A stretch of 64,000 bases of DNA from Ruditapes philippinarum (Eukaryota): positions 1 to 64,000 of the forward strand of contig NW_026853701.1 of assembly GCF_026571515.1 (NCBI RefSeq), given 5' to 3'. Positions 50,945-64,000 of this stretch are shown here, in pieces. Under the pieces are notes generated by a model. The model had not been told where the DNA came from and did no database searches. It worked only from the letters and a program-made list of their open reading frames with translations. Both the position numbers and the translations under genes were made by a program. Numbering within the stretch: position 1 is the first letter of the stretch; each line of letters opens with the position of its first letter.

Positions 50945-53330
50945 GTATCACAGGTAGACAAACTGAGGTCGTCTATATAAGCATTGTCAAGCAGTATGTG
51001 CTGGTGAATATATATTCGATATAATTCGGAATAGTTATAATTTTTCGTTTAAAAAGATTCCTAGTTCTGTAAAGGTAAACAATAATAAATGAGCTCGAGA
51101 TAATTCAGCATTTGTTTCAAAGGAAATTAAAAAAAAATTGCTAAGAGGTTGTATCCGAGAGTTACGTTTGCCTCCTATAGTGCTGAATCCCCTCACTGTA
51201 GCTTGCAATCGACATGGAAAAAAGACAAGAAGAGACTTGTTTTGGACTGCAGACGTCTTTAAATATAAACTCTGTTTTGAAAATCATTCAATTGCCAAAA
51301 ACTATATATTTAGTTTCGATATTAAAGGGGCTTATCACCACACTATGATTTTTCCCGAGCATATGACGTTTCCCGGCTTTGCTTGGTCGAAAACGATTTA
51401 AAACGTTTACTTGTTACGTTTTTCAAGTTCTACTGGTTTAAATTTTACAAAAGTGATATTAAGAACGTGTGTTAAAAACTGGAGAGTCATGGGATTGAAA
51501 ATATTTCTGTTTTTAGCCGATGGTTTGGGCGGAGAAAAGTCTAACGAATCCGTTCATAGTACTGCATCTTTTACAAGACAATATCTGCTTGATTTTGGAT
51601 TTTTACTAGCAGACGATAAGTGTCAAAGGCTGTCTTGTTTGTACGCAGTTTGGTTAGGTTATGAATGGTATATGTGTGAGGATATTTTAAAAGTTACTCA
51701 AGATAGAATCTGTAGAACAGAAAAGTTGCTTGACTGATTTATATCTAAATTAAATGTTTTTAAAGAGATTATTGTACCTGTGGGAAAAATAGCCTGTTAA
51801 GAAGGCCAACCCATTTAAATGCAGACTGATATTGGCCATACAGTTAGAATATGGTCAATGTCATTGTATAATGTGTAGCTTCCACAGCAACCGAGAACGC
51901 TGCCGTACAAGTCACTTCGAGGCGTTGCGAGAAATGATATTTATGCGAAAAAATTGAAACATTTGAATTCATTTAGGTAGAAATTTTGATAATCAAGCTT
52001 ACGTCACTGTTGATACCAGTATAGCTGGACATTTAGAATATGCCAACGTCTTTGTTGACGCTAGTTAACTAAGATTTGGTGGTTTTATTGAAGATACTCG
52101 AGGTAACTGGAAGTTGGCTGAGTGAGTTCCAAAAGGTATTTGAGCTCCACGTAGAAAGAATTAGAATAGGTTTATCGTGTGATGCAAAGTCATGTGACTG
52201 ATTTACACAATAAAACAGTAGTTTTACGTATAGATAACAAAAATGCTAGCTCGATTCAGTAAAAAGCCATAATTGCATGGTGTTGCATTAAAGGTGAATG
52301 GTTTATGTTCAGATAATAATATACCTCTCTGTCCTAGATGGTTAACAGGGGTAGATAATACTGAAGCAGATTACCTCAGCAGATGTTCCGACAGTGATGA
52401 TTGTTCAATTTTAAAATCTATTTTCCAGGCTTGAAATGATAAAAGGGAACATCATACAGTTGATCGTTTTGCTTGTAATTATAATGCAAAATTCAGAAGT
52501 TGTATTTCTAGATACTGATGTCCTGGCACGTCAGATGTTGATGCATTTAAATATAATTGGTTTTGCGAGAATAGTCGGAGTTTACCTCAGCCTTGATTGG
52601 TCCTGAAGTGAAAGAGAAGGGTTGAAAAATGTTGTTGTACAGTTGTTGTTTCATATTGGAAATCAGAACTATTTCAAGGTGGATAATGTGCTTTGTTTAA
52701 AGAGGATACGTTTGTTTTCAACCAGGTATTTAAACTAAGAGAGGAAAAGGAAGAAATGATATTTTTGATGGCAGGCCGTTGTGATTTGGCTTTGATGCTG
52801 TGCAAAATGAATAATTTGTGTATCATTGTTGTTTATTTTTTCCAGATTTGAGCTTGGAAAAAATGCACTTCCAATGAAGTCGATAAAACAAGATTAGCAG
52901 ACAACTCATTCAGAGATCTTACGCACAAAGTGTTTGGCTTTTTGGTAAACCTTTAAAGTGTTAATTATACAGTTAAGAAGGATTTTAATTATTTTAGAAA
53001 ATTTGGAACAATTTGCAGTTACGAAAGTCTTTTCTCGCTTCGCCAAAAATAGTGTGTTTATATCTGACAAAACTTATAGATAAGAACTTTTCGATAATGT
53101 AACTTAATCTAGTACGATAAACAGCATTAAATGGGCGCATTCTTTAAGAGATATTCCAAATTCAACAGACAATTTATTGTTAAAAATTTGTTAGAATCAG
53201 CTGCGACCAACTCTGTTGTGAATGACCGATGTTGGAAAAGGAACGGTAGATGGAAGAGCGTAACAATAGGTACGTTGTTGATCCGTTAGAGAGTAGACTT
53301 TCAGTTTCTAAAAAAATAGTTTATAATCAC
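50945..53330 (+). mobile_element. DIRS-type tyrosine-recombinase retrotransposon remnant (RT, RNase H, adenine-methyltransferase-like domain, YR fragments)
   Basis: NNK*ARDN.AFV; PIVLNPLTVA; FDIKGAYHH..FPEH..F.GFAW; FLADGLGG; SST*KELE; DNTEADYLSRCSDSDD; HTVDRFAC..CPGTSDVDAF; KWAH..KNLLES; GRWKS. Heavily decayed. Confidence 0.8.
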
Positions 53331-53409
53331 CAGCCCGCTCTTTTTGAAAGTATTCACGGACGTCTGGTCATGCAAACTGAGTTTGTTGTATTTTTAATTA
53401 TGTGTAGCA

Positions 53410-54002
53410 TAGACTCACCATTTATATAAACGACATCACCATATATGAAAACCAATATGCTTATTATGAAACACACATCACCATTTAATTTTGTAAACCA
53501 TTTGTAAAAATCAGAACACCAGATATAAAATATCAGAACCATGTATGAAAACCACATCACCATATATATATATATGACACATGACAGCACGATCTTTTAA
53601 AAAACAGCACCAAATAGCAAAACTACATCGCCATTTATATAACAACGACATTGTCAAATATATGTCAAATCACATCACCATGCATTGAAACCACTTCACC
53701 ATCTATCAAAACAACAGCACCATCTACCAAACCAACACCACCATATATCAAAACCTAGGCACCATCTATAAAAAACGACATCACATATCTAAATAGTTAT
53801 AACAAAAACATCTATCAAAACACATGAAAATGTATGAAAAGGACATCATCATATATAAAGAACGACATCGCCACATATGAAGAAGATACTTCTATATGTG
53901 AAAACGATATCACTGTCTATCGAAACGTCATGATCACTACATTTGAAAAAGACATCAACATTTATCAAAACCATAGCACCATATATTAAAATGACATCAC
54001 CA
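53410..54002 (-). repeat. Degenerate ~21-bp minisatellite, inverted relative to 32200-32870
   Basis: (TATCAAAACGACATCACCAT)-like units. Confidence 0.8.
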
Positions 54003-54982
54003 CTCTTAAGGTGTATATATTAGGCAGCTTTGGTTGTTCCATACAAATTATTTGTTTAATATTTTGATCAGAGAAAGCCATTAAACATATATCTAACATT
54101 CATTAAAATATAGAATAAGCATAGGCATCAACGTAGAAAATCAGTAAACGTATTTCATTTTAATTCTATAAATATTGAATCAAATCATGAATTATTAAAG
54201 GGAAGTAAATGTTAAAATACTTGTTATGTAAAGTTACATAAGTTATTCCCCTTCATTTTTCACAATCACTATATACCATTAAAACTGCGAGTTTTCTTTT
54301 TTGTGGATTCTATTGATAGGCATTACCGAATTTACCAAACATAAAAGAAAATGTATTGTAGCTTAATTTGATAATGATAGGTAACGATAGACAAATGCTT
54401 GTGTATTATTCACATGTATTCATATGCTTTTTAAGAAGTTTTCTTATCTCATTAAACATTCTCACATTTCATATTGCTATTAATTGCTATAATTGCTATT
54501 ATTTTGCAATTATATATGTTCATGTCATATGTCTTTTATGCATTATATGTTGTATTTGTATATATAATATGGTGGTGAGCTTTTTATGCTAAAACTAAGA
54601 AATAAAGTTTCTGTTCTGTTCTGTTCTGATATAAAGTTTTTAAGATATGTAAATATCTGATAATTATTTTCTTTTTTGTTTTATTGTGTTATTTTTTTAA
54701 AGATATACAATAATCACCTTTTCAGGTTGAAATCTTAAAATTATGGCAACATTAATTTAAATCTTGAAATTCTTAATGGATTTGTTAGATGCACCAACTA
54801 TGTTTTCGAAGCTGCATGCCCTATAACTGGTCAAGTTAATTCAGCCCTTTCTTAAAAAGAATGGTGGTGTATTTATTTGCACAGTCTTCATACTGTGTTT
54901 ACCTATAGTGTTATTTTTACAAAGTAACATATCTTCTCTCTATTTAAGCAAAACATGTTCATTTTACGATTGAAAAAGATTG

Positions 54983-55201
54983 ACCGCCTCCGTGGTCGAG
55001 GGGTTAGAGTCGATGACTTCTAATCCAGTTACCTCTCTGGCGTGGGTTCGATCCCCGGGAGATGCTTTGGTAGTTCAGCGCGGAGGAAGGTTGTCTAGTA
55101 CTGGTGTAACTCTCCAGGAACGATGGTTAGGAAACTACCCGCCTATATGACTGAAATACTGTTGGGAAAAGGCGTAAAATGAAACAAACAAACAAACAAA
55201 C
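54983..55201 (+). mobile_element. tRNA-derived SINE
   Basis: A box TGGTCGAGGGG, B box GGTTCGATCCC, 3' ATATGACTGAAATACTGTTG..GGCGTAAA, (AAAC)n tail; TSD GAAAAAGATTG at 54972-54982 and 55202-55212. Confidence 0.9.
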
Positions 55202-58200
55202 GAAAAAGATTGTTTTGCAATTATCATTATTTTTCATCATTTAGTTTCAGCATCTAGAATTGAACGTGATCAAAGAAGCAGAATATCATTACATAAAGTG
55301 TAATGACGGTTGTAACGGAAACACTCGTACAATGGCAGGTGTCGCTTTTATTTAACAAATGCAATACCAGATAATTTCACCTTATTTAAAAGAAAATAAG
55401 TAGGTAGACATGACCTTGTTTAGTAAAATGATTTTAAGGAGTGCAAGTTTCTTTTCTTTTTTGCATTCGAGTTATAGCTTAGTATGTATTTCGAATTTTA
55501 ATGATTAAAAAACATATCGTCGTTTTCTCTTAAGTGCCTGTGGATGTGTAAGATAAAGAAAAGTTATCGTAGCTGTACTGAATTCGTCACAATAACTGTC
55601 ATTTTTACTGTTATAATAATTCGAAATACGTTTATCAAAATGATTTTAATGAAAACAAGTGTGTAAATGATATTCTTGCTTTAAAAAGTTAAAATGTTAA
55701 TACGTATCTGTGAGTTCAACAGCTGAACAAAATTTGAAGATCTTTTTCAGAGAGTAAATAGCTGAATATGCAAGGTATAACTCTTGCATATCCTTTATCA
55801 TAATCAAAAATCTGTTTTACAAAAAAATTGTCATGGTATTATTATTTATGGGCACATTGGCTCACGATCTTTTTTTTTAAAAAATCTTGAATGTAAATAA
55901 GTATTTTTGGGTAAAAACTACAAATAAAAAAAAAAAGACAAGTACTCTTTGATACAATATTTTAACATGATAAACTGGAAAAACTTCTTTAAGGAGTATT
56001 TAATTTATTATGCAGACACGCCATATTCTACTACATTTGAAAATGTGACCTTGACATCGAGGCAGCACAAAGGCAGCCTTGAGCCCCCCCATCATCTGGT
56101 TAGTGACAATATTTGAGATGAGATTGTCAAAGATTTCAGGATTTAAAGATTAGAAAGATTAGAAAATATATCTGACATTTGACCTTTTATGATGACCTTG
56201 ATTCTGACAGCTTAAAAACTTATTGTGTGTCAGCACACGTGTGAATCTTAACTAAAATCAAGGAGAACTTTGCATTTTTTTCCTAATCCAATGTGATTTT
56301 TTCAGCCCCGCTAGCAATTGTCAAGAACATTTTTTATTTATGTTTGAAATAACATTCAAAGTAAACAATTCAATGAACATAGAGTGGTTGTATCTAGACC
56401 CACGTCTCATTATTATTTGCAATGGACACACCAAGGATCCTGAACAAACAAGAAAAAAGGTTGATAAACAGGAAAAACTGCACTTCTCTGCCAGTAATGA
56501 CGAATTTTTGACTGATATATAAAACGAGATAATTATATATAGCTCACATGTTTTGACAGTTACACTGAAAAATATAATTAATTTTAGACAATGCTGTGAA
56601 TTGCTACGATACACACTTACATATATTTGAAGCTTGTCTTAAAATGTATGACATTGTCAGAAGTGGAGATAACTAGTGTGGTCTTATCTAGTTAAAGCAT
56701 GTGCTCCCTTTTAGTGACGTAATTGAAGTTTACGTTATGTACAGCGTTCTCTTTTGAAACTTCCAGAAAGCTAAACAGATCATAAAAAATGGGTTTTTTA
56801 TCCTTAGAAAGAATATAAATATGAATTGAAAAGACGTTCTGTAATTAAACTCTTTATTAAACTCTATATAAGTTTTTTCTACTGACATAGGCTATTTCTG
56901 CTAGAAAATATAGATTTTTATAAGTCCTCACGGCTCTTGTGGAGAATGTTATGTTGTACTCCGGTTTGAAATTGTTTTTGGTATAGAATTTCTCTACCGT
57001 ATAAGGTAATATTTATAAATTTATAAATTAATGTTTTATGGCTCTGTTTGTTTTAACCTTTATCGATTTAATAGGCTCCGTGGCATTAATTTATGATTAA
57101 CACTAATTATATTAAATAACATTCACAAGTATAATCAGATAAACATATCCACAATCTGTTTAATTACGTTATGATAATTTGTTTACATATTTCGAATTCT
57201 GGTAAAATGCCGAGGAGGCAGCTACTCACCGTCGTAGCAATAGGAATATAGCTGATATGGTTGTATCTAAGATGTCAAACAAACGACGCAGGTAACCTCA
57301 ACATCTAGACCGTATCCAACATCCAAAAAACATGCCAGCACATCATCTGACATTAACCTATGTGTCCACCACTAGCTTCTCAGGTTGTTAGTATTTCAGG
57401 ACAGTCCTTTTGGTAGTTTACATCCACAATTGCAACTATTTCAACCACAATTTAAATCTAAAATTTATTCGTATGTAGGGAAAATTGCCAAATGCAGGAC
57501 AATTGCCCGTTTTTAACATTACACACATGCTACCATTCTCGTCGCAACAACTTTCATAAGTTGAACAACAGTTTACTTATACAAGTAATTGCATCTCAAC
57601 ACCGGTATCACATCAACCAGATTCCACTTTCTCTCAAAAGGGTTGTTTCATAGGTGAAAGCCATCATGCCAGCAATGCTTGTCGGTGCGGCGGTTTGCAC
57701 TAGCCAAATCATATAATCACAGGCGAGGCTACACCATCGCCTTTAGTTAAAGGACAAGGTAATGTTATCACTTTACAATCTGTTTGCTCAAAAATGGCCT
57801 TGCACATCACACAAAAAAACTAAAGAACACATTTGGAACAATGAATTTTTCTAATTTGAAAGACTACTTGATAAAAACAATAAGAAAACCCAATCATTAA
57901 AAATTAAATATGGAAAAAATCAGTTGACGAAAATCATGTGTCAAAAGAAATCCCGTTAAAATTTTATTTGTAAAACATTCAACAAACGTAGAGGTTTACC
58001 ACAGCAAACTTAATAGGATGGCAATGAATTTTCACCGAATTTTTATCTAAATTCTTGATTAAATTACTCAGTCAGTACAATTAATAATCATTGTTATTCA
58101 AAACATTTGATATGGTAAGAGTGAATGCAGATTTATGATACATACAGTTGTAGTAATTGGGTCTATAAATTGAAACAAATACTCGATACTCCTGTTTGGC

Positions 58201-58829
58201 AAATCCAAATTAGCAAGCAAATTAATCTAATTATTATTAGAGAATAATTGATGTGTATAATTAATAGTAATACACATCAATTAATGACGCGGCTACCAAC
58301 TTATTGTTTGTTTAAGCGTGAATGTTAATTAGTATTACCCCTCACGTTTGTGTAATGTTAATTTCCATAGGCCACCAGGAGTTATTTATACTGTAAATGC
58401 AAGTGTACCACGTTTGTCATGGAACTGTATATTCGCATTTTTTTGCGAACTGTTAAGTCTTGCCGGTACTTTCACTTTTGGGTAGCTGTCTTATCTTTGG
58501 ACTTATTTTTCGTTCGTAAATGAAACGTTTTTTTTTCAAATGTTAAAGAATTTTTATGTTGAATATCCATTTAGAGTCCCCGCAATATTAGTTTTATCAG
58601 GTCCGCCTGGGCTCCTTGCCATTGGTTCTTGTTGCTGGGTCATATGGGGGTTGCGTTCATTGAACGCCGCCTTTCTTTGTTGATCTTGTTTATCATATTT
58701 GTTGGTGTCGTTTGGTAGATTTATGTATATTTCACAATTCTGCAAAGTGTAAGTTTGTAATAATTCGTGTCTTTTTGGAAATTTCCTTGATACTTTTTGT
58801 ACACTGGTGCAAGAGAGAAGAAAAAAAAA

Positions 58830-61270
58830 TCTGGAAACAAAGTGATCCCTTGGAAGCATTAATTACAACAAAATTACATAAGAATTGCAGACTCGATTTG
58901 ATTGAGTCTGTACATGAGGGATAATGAATAGGTGCAACATCCTAAGACATTGAAATTAAATTGAACCTTTTGAAAGAGGAACACATTGATGCAGAGTCAG
59001 GCAGAGGCGGTGCCTCAAAAAACAGAAATGAAGAAATTCACAGTCACTATATGTGCCAGTTGGACAAAAGGTTCAAAGAGTGTTTTAATTTGTAATGTCT
59101 GCGGAGAAGCTTATCGTTTACACCCAACATGCAAAACAAACAATCAGTGACAATGTGAGCCAAATGCAGGACATTACAAAGTTTATGTTAAAGAAGGACT
59201 TGACACTATCAAGATTGGTACAGTTTAGTGACAAATCTTTAAACTACCAAGCGTAGTTCTAAGGGTAATTTTACTAGTGTAGTGAAAGGAATGGAGTTGT
59301 GGCTCTTTCAGAAACATTAGACTTGCTTATCAAGTGGTTTGGTACTGAATCTAGGAAACATGCCATAAGTCTTTAATCATCATGTGTGGACAATGCAGCA
59401 AAGACTGTTAAACTATTAAAGCAACGACTGGACGACAGATACGGAACAACTGAAACTAACAGCAAAATTACAAGTGTTCCCAGAAATAACAAAGAAGGAC
59501 TCTAGTTAGCTCAGTGACATTCTGATGGAAATACAAACACTCAAGAAAAATGAAGCATACAAAGTCTATATTTCTTACTTTGATTCAAAACTTCCGAATC
59601 ACACCAATATTGGGCAAAATGCAAAATTTCATGCTAGAAAAGTGGGTGACTATTGTAATCAACTACAAGGACTCGCATGGCCTCACTCATCCCCCATTCT
59701 CGTTGTTGGTTGAATTCATCCAGAAACTGATAACGATTCGAAATGATCGAAGTTTCCAGCTTCCAGCTGAATCGAAACAATTTGCGACAAAAACGTGTAG
59801 AAAATGGAACTAAGTAGATCTGTAGTATACGCTAGAAAAACAGGTGTCTTCAGAAAATGCAATTGTGCCCTTCATTAGGGACAAAATAGAGAAAAATAGA
59901 ATCCTTAAAGACAGTCCAACACAACAAAATTGAAAATGTTGCAGGCTCGGTTTGATTGAGCCTGTTCATGGACGGTACTGGAAAGTGCAAGTTACCGTCC
60001 ACGCCCCCTAGCACCGGCTTAAGCAGAATTCAACATTTAACACGAAAATGATGAAAATTTGAATTTAGAAACATCCGCAGATGTGTTCATACGGCGGTTA
60101 TCATGGAACCTTCAATGTGACACAGTAGTGCCATTCCATGAAAAGCGGCGTATGGTCCCCAAGATAAAGAATGCTTTTGCCCTGAACGAGAAAAACAATG
60201 GGCGGAACTAAAAAACTGGAATTTTGAAAGGGGATCTGAGGTAATGAAGCCTGCATATCACAGATAAGACGTCAAAAGACAAATTTAAAAAGCAGGCAAC
60301 AAATCCTAAGGGTGGTTGTACAGTATTCAAGTAGGAATACTGGAACCACCCAAGTTAAAATGGCCAAATAGAAGAAACTAAAAGTACCATATATCATGTA
60401 TACACAACAATAATGTCGTGCTGAACGATCTTCATTGCCATTCCATGAAAAGCGGCGTATGGTCCCCAAGAAAAAGAATGCTTTTGCCCTAGACAAGAAA
60501 ACAATGGGCGGAACTAAAACAATGGAATTTTGAAAGGAGATCTGAGGTTATGAAGGCTGCATATTATAGATAAGACGTCAAAAAGTCACATTTACTCGGA
60601 CAATGTAGACACTTTAAGGCAAAATCGTTCGCAGAAAAAACGAGCACTTCTGAAAAAAGAGGCCTTTGTTTTAAGTGTTTTCGGAGTAGCCATCAGTCGA
60701 AAGATTGTAAAGAGAATGTTAGGTGTGAAAGAATGTGGGAAGTCACATAATACGGCCATGCACATCACGGCAATAAGAGAACGGTGCCAACAACTTATGC
60801 AGTCAAGTATCTGAATCTACGAAATTTCCTGGAAAAATTCTGGAAACAAAGTGATCCCTCGGAAGAATTAATCACAACAAAATTACATAAGAATTGCAGA
60901 CTCGGTTTGATTGAGTCTGTACATGAGAGATAATGAATAAGTGCAACATCCCTCACGCCCCCTAGCACCGGCTTGAGCGGTACTCAATTCTCAACACTTA
61001 ATAGTGCTGGCATCAATGATCCCGAAGGACCAGAAAATATAACAACACTGAAGTGAAGTACGGGGCAACTAAGTCATACGCTAAAATTGTGCCAGTGTCC
61101 ATTTATGATAAAAGAAACCAAGACATCAAAGTAAATAATAACGCAATAATAGACGACCAGTCCAATCGTAGAATAGTTAGTTCAAATTAGTAGGCACTTT
61201 GAATCCAGAAGATTGTGAAATAATTAAGTATCCTTTGAACTCTTGTAATAACTCCGAGGTTATTATAGAT
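58830..61270 (+). mobile_element. BEL/Pao LTR retrotransposon remnant (gag, zinc knuckles, protease), rearranged
   Basis: KFMLKKDLTLSRL..LDLLIKWFG.ES..RLDDRYG..DILMEI..EKW..HPPFS..VEFI; [23 protein letters not shown] (~60665-60763); AKIVPV..AIIDDQSN (~61080-61170). Confidence 0.8.
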
Positions 61271-61345
61271 AATAGTCGAGAACTTTTCGATTGGTTAACA
61301 AAGCTGATAGATGGTGTATTAACCTCAGTCACCCGTCAAGTTAAT

Positions 61346-63075
61346 TGTTTTTTTTTGTTTTTTAGGCTCCATCTGGGTAACCCCGTTTATTTACCCCGTA
61401 ATAGGTATTAGGGGGTCGGGGTCATCCTCCATCATACCTTACATTGTTAATATACAATATATATATTACATAATAATTATATTTATGTAAATATTGTCAA
61501 ATACATCTACAGTATATACTTTGTATAATTTTTTATAAATATAAACATACATTCAATAAACCCATCTTTTTTCCAAAACTATTTTACCAATAAAAAAATA
61601 CTACTTATTATTAAACAATTAGATAATCTGTTACGAGGTTAAGTCCTTTTTCACACATAAGGTGTAGTTTAAACAATTAAGGATTTTATAATTGACAATC
61701 TATTATTTTCCTCATCTGTCAAATTTGTATTTCTATAGATATTCCATGCTAATTTCGAACTATTTTTAAAACCAATACATGTAGGTAAAAAGGTTTTTCT
61801 CTTAGACAAAAAATATGTCTTTTCAGTTCTGGAAACAATTTGTCATATTTAAAATCTTAAGATTCTGTACCTAATATGAATGATTTTCAACATAAAATAT
61901 CATCAAAATTATGTAAGTTTTCTTTAAGGTATTGAAATTGGCTTTGAATTCTTTGACATTCCCAAAATAAATGTAAAAGTGTTTCTTCACAGCATTTACA
62001 AAAAGTACACATTTTATTTTGTCAACAATTTTCATTTTAAACAAAAGTGAGTTTGTAGCTAAGTTCTATGAATAATTCTGGTTTGGAACCACTGAATATA
62101 TGAATCTTTAGAACATTTAAAAAAAACGTTACTATATGTTAACTGCCAATTAATGTTATTGTCTTTAAAACATGTGTTTCACCTGTCTTGACTTTTAGGT
62201 ATGTCTGAATTTTTAGCTATAATTTCATAAACATATTTCTTATTGTTATTTATAGTTAAGATAGGTTTAACATAACAATTCATTATAGGATATTGAACAT
62301 TAAGCAAATTGTTACTAGTAAAAATATTAAACTTTTGCATGTACAATTTTATTGCCTATTTTAAACTATGATACTGCAAAAAATTCACACGTTTGCCTGT
62401 GACCTGTTCTATATATATCAAATCTACAAAGTTACCCTGTTCATTTATGATATATTTTACAAATCTGATTCCTTTATTATATAATGTCTGAATGTAAATA
62501 TATCTTTTTTCTGCTAAAGAGTTGTGATTGTTAAAAAGTGGCATATATAATATTTGCTCTATATTATCTATACAAAGTTTATCTACAAACACCATATATT
62601 AAGCTTTTAAAACATCAACCCAGAAAGAATTTGTTAGTTTACTTATAATCAAATTACAAAACATCTTTCCAGTGTTAAAATGTTTATCAATATTAAACAA
62701 TGTGTTTACTTATAACATTTACTTTTGCTATTTCTAACATATCTTTTAAACCATTTTATCTTTAAACTATGTATATAACTATAATTATTAACCATGTTTG
62801 CACCAACTTCTTTGTATGTTTTAATAAGTACTGATTGTTTTATTTTGCCTTGCCTTCACAAATGAAATCATAAAATAAGTCATTTAGTGTTTTCAAACAT
62901 ACAGTATTTGGTGTTGGTAGGCTTGCGAAACAGTGAGTAAATAAAGGAAGCAATATTGACTTAACAACAGTGATTTTTCCTATTGGAGTTAACATTCTCT
63001 TTTTCAAGTGAATTATACTATTTTTTACTTTTTGAAGTTTTTCATTAAAAGTTAAGTCTATACAACAAGGTAGAT
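61346..63075 (-). mobile_element. L1/Tx1-type LINE 3' segment (post-RT region, CCHC finger, 3' UTR, A-rich tail)
   Basis: On -: LTPIGKITVVKS; IKQSVL..YKE; QWFQTRIIHR.LATN..CTFC..EETLLHLFWEC. T-run at ~61346-61363 on +. Confidence 0.82.
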
Positions 63076-64000
63076 TAGATTTGTTTCTTGTAACAAGTAA
63101 TATGTATCAGTTTGTACGTAAATGTGACATAAATGTTAGTTATAGATCTGATCATTCAATCATATATTTAGATTTTATGTTTTGTTCCTGTTAGTCGTGG
63201 AAAAGGTTTATGAAAATTTAATAATGCTCTTTTACATGACATTGAGTTCCTTTATAAAATAAATAAGAAAATAGATGAAATAAAATTATAATATTGTTTA
63301 CCAGTTTATAATATAGATTATATTTTAGATATACAAAGTACAGAAATAGATTTGTTATTAATGCTGAACATTTTTTGGAGACACCTTTAATGGAAACCAG
63401 GGGTAAAACTATTTCTTATAGCTCATTTAAGGAAAAGGAAAGAAATGTTTATGAAAAACAACTAATGGAAGAAATTATTCATATTCAATTGAAAATAAAG
63501 ACAAACTTTTACATTTACAAAATGAATAAAATGAACTTAGATGCAGTAAAAGTAAAGGTGCTATGATCAGGTCTAGGTCAGAGTGGATTGAATTAGGAGA
63601 AAAACCTACATACTATTTTTTTTAATTTAGAAAAATCACATTGTTTAGCCAAGTCAATTCTTTTCGTAGAACTTGATGACGGAACTGTTATATATGATCA
63701 AAAAGATATACTTACAGAAACTTGTTCTTATTATGAAAATTTGTATAAAAATGTTGTTTTGACTGATGACTCTGATATTGATAAAGAATTAGAGAATTGT
63801 GATATTACTATGTCGTCTCAGGATCAATCAGCAAAACTAGAAGGTCTCCTTTCGTATGATGAAGTCTCTTTAACATTACAAATATGAAAAATGATAAAAG
63901 TGCTGGATGCGATGGATTTAGAGTTAACTTTTTTAAAACCTTTTGGAACAGAATTGGACATTTTGTTGTGAAAGCTATTAATTATGCATATAATGCTAAT
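63062..64000 (+). mobile_element. L1/Tx1-type LINE ORF2 segment (end of endonuclease to start of RT), runs off the window
   Basis: GRLDLFLV..YRSDHS; FNNALL; RGKTISYS; GAMIRSRSEWIELGEKPT.YFFNLEK; MKNDKSAGCDG...FFK.FW. Confidence 0.85.

Noticed and set aside
54983-55060. Possible tRNA gene
   Set aside because: A and B boxes are present, but I could not fold a convincing cloverleaf; the tail and TSD mark it as a SINE.
58558-58830. Possible 5' LTR of the BEL element (starts TGTTG)
   Set aside because: No second copy in the window to confirm it.

Overview
This is AT-rich eukaryotic DNA with two assembly gaps (3887-4392, 33060-33196). I could not recognise a host gene; nearly all of it is transposon-derived, and the repeat types point to a mollusc/bivalve-like invertebrate (inference). 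(1) 4393-16163: head-to-tail array of a ~3.69-kb unit. Each unit has a decayed His-Me finger (homing-endonuclease-type) nuclease gene on + converging on an internally deleted DDE transposase on -, and units are separated by a ~480-bp TTAA-bounded segment. This matches the KolobokP LTDR-INT architecture, amplified like a satellite. (2) 22371-31193: Gypsy LTR element with both LTRs, an ATAT TSD, decayed gag-pol and an extra zinc-finger ORF3. (3) ~32160-54045: a deep nest. Inverted minisatellite arms enclose a DIRS remnant, a TIR element, a Helentron-type (HINE) element and a CR1/L2-type LINE flanked by a 207-bp duplication. The LINE's nearly intact ORF2 is cleanly split by an 11.5-kb HINE-bounded block carrying older hAT debris. 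(4) 54983-64000: a tRNA-SINE with TSD, a scrambled BEL/Pao remnant, and an L1/Tx1-type LINE with a twin-priming-like inversion. Family assignments come from reading motifs by eye; no searches were run.
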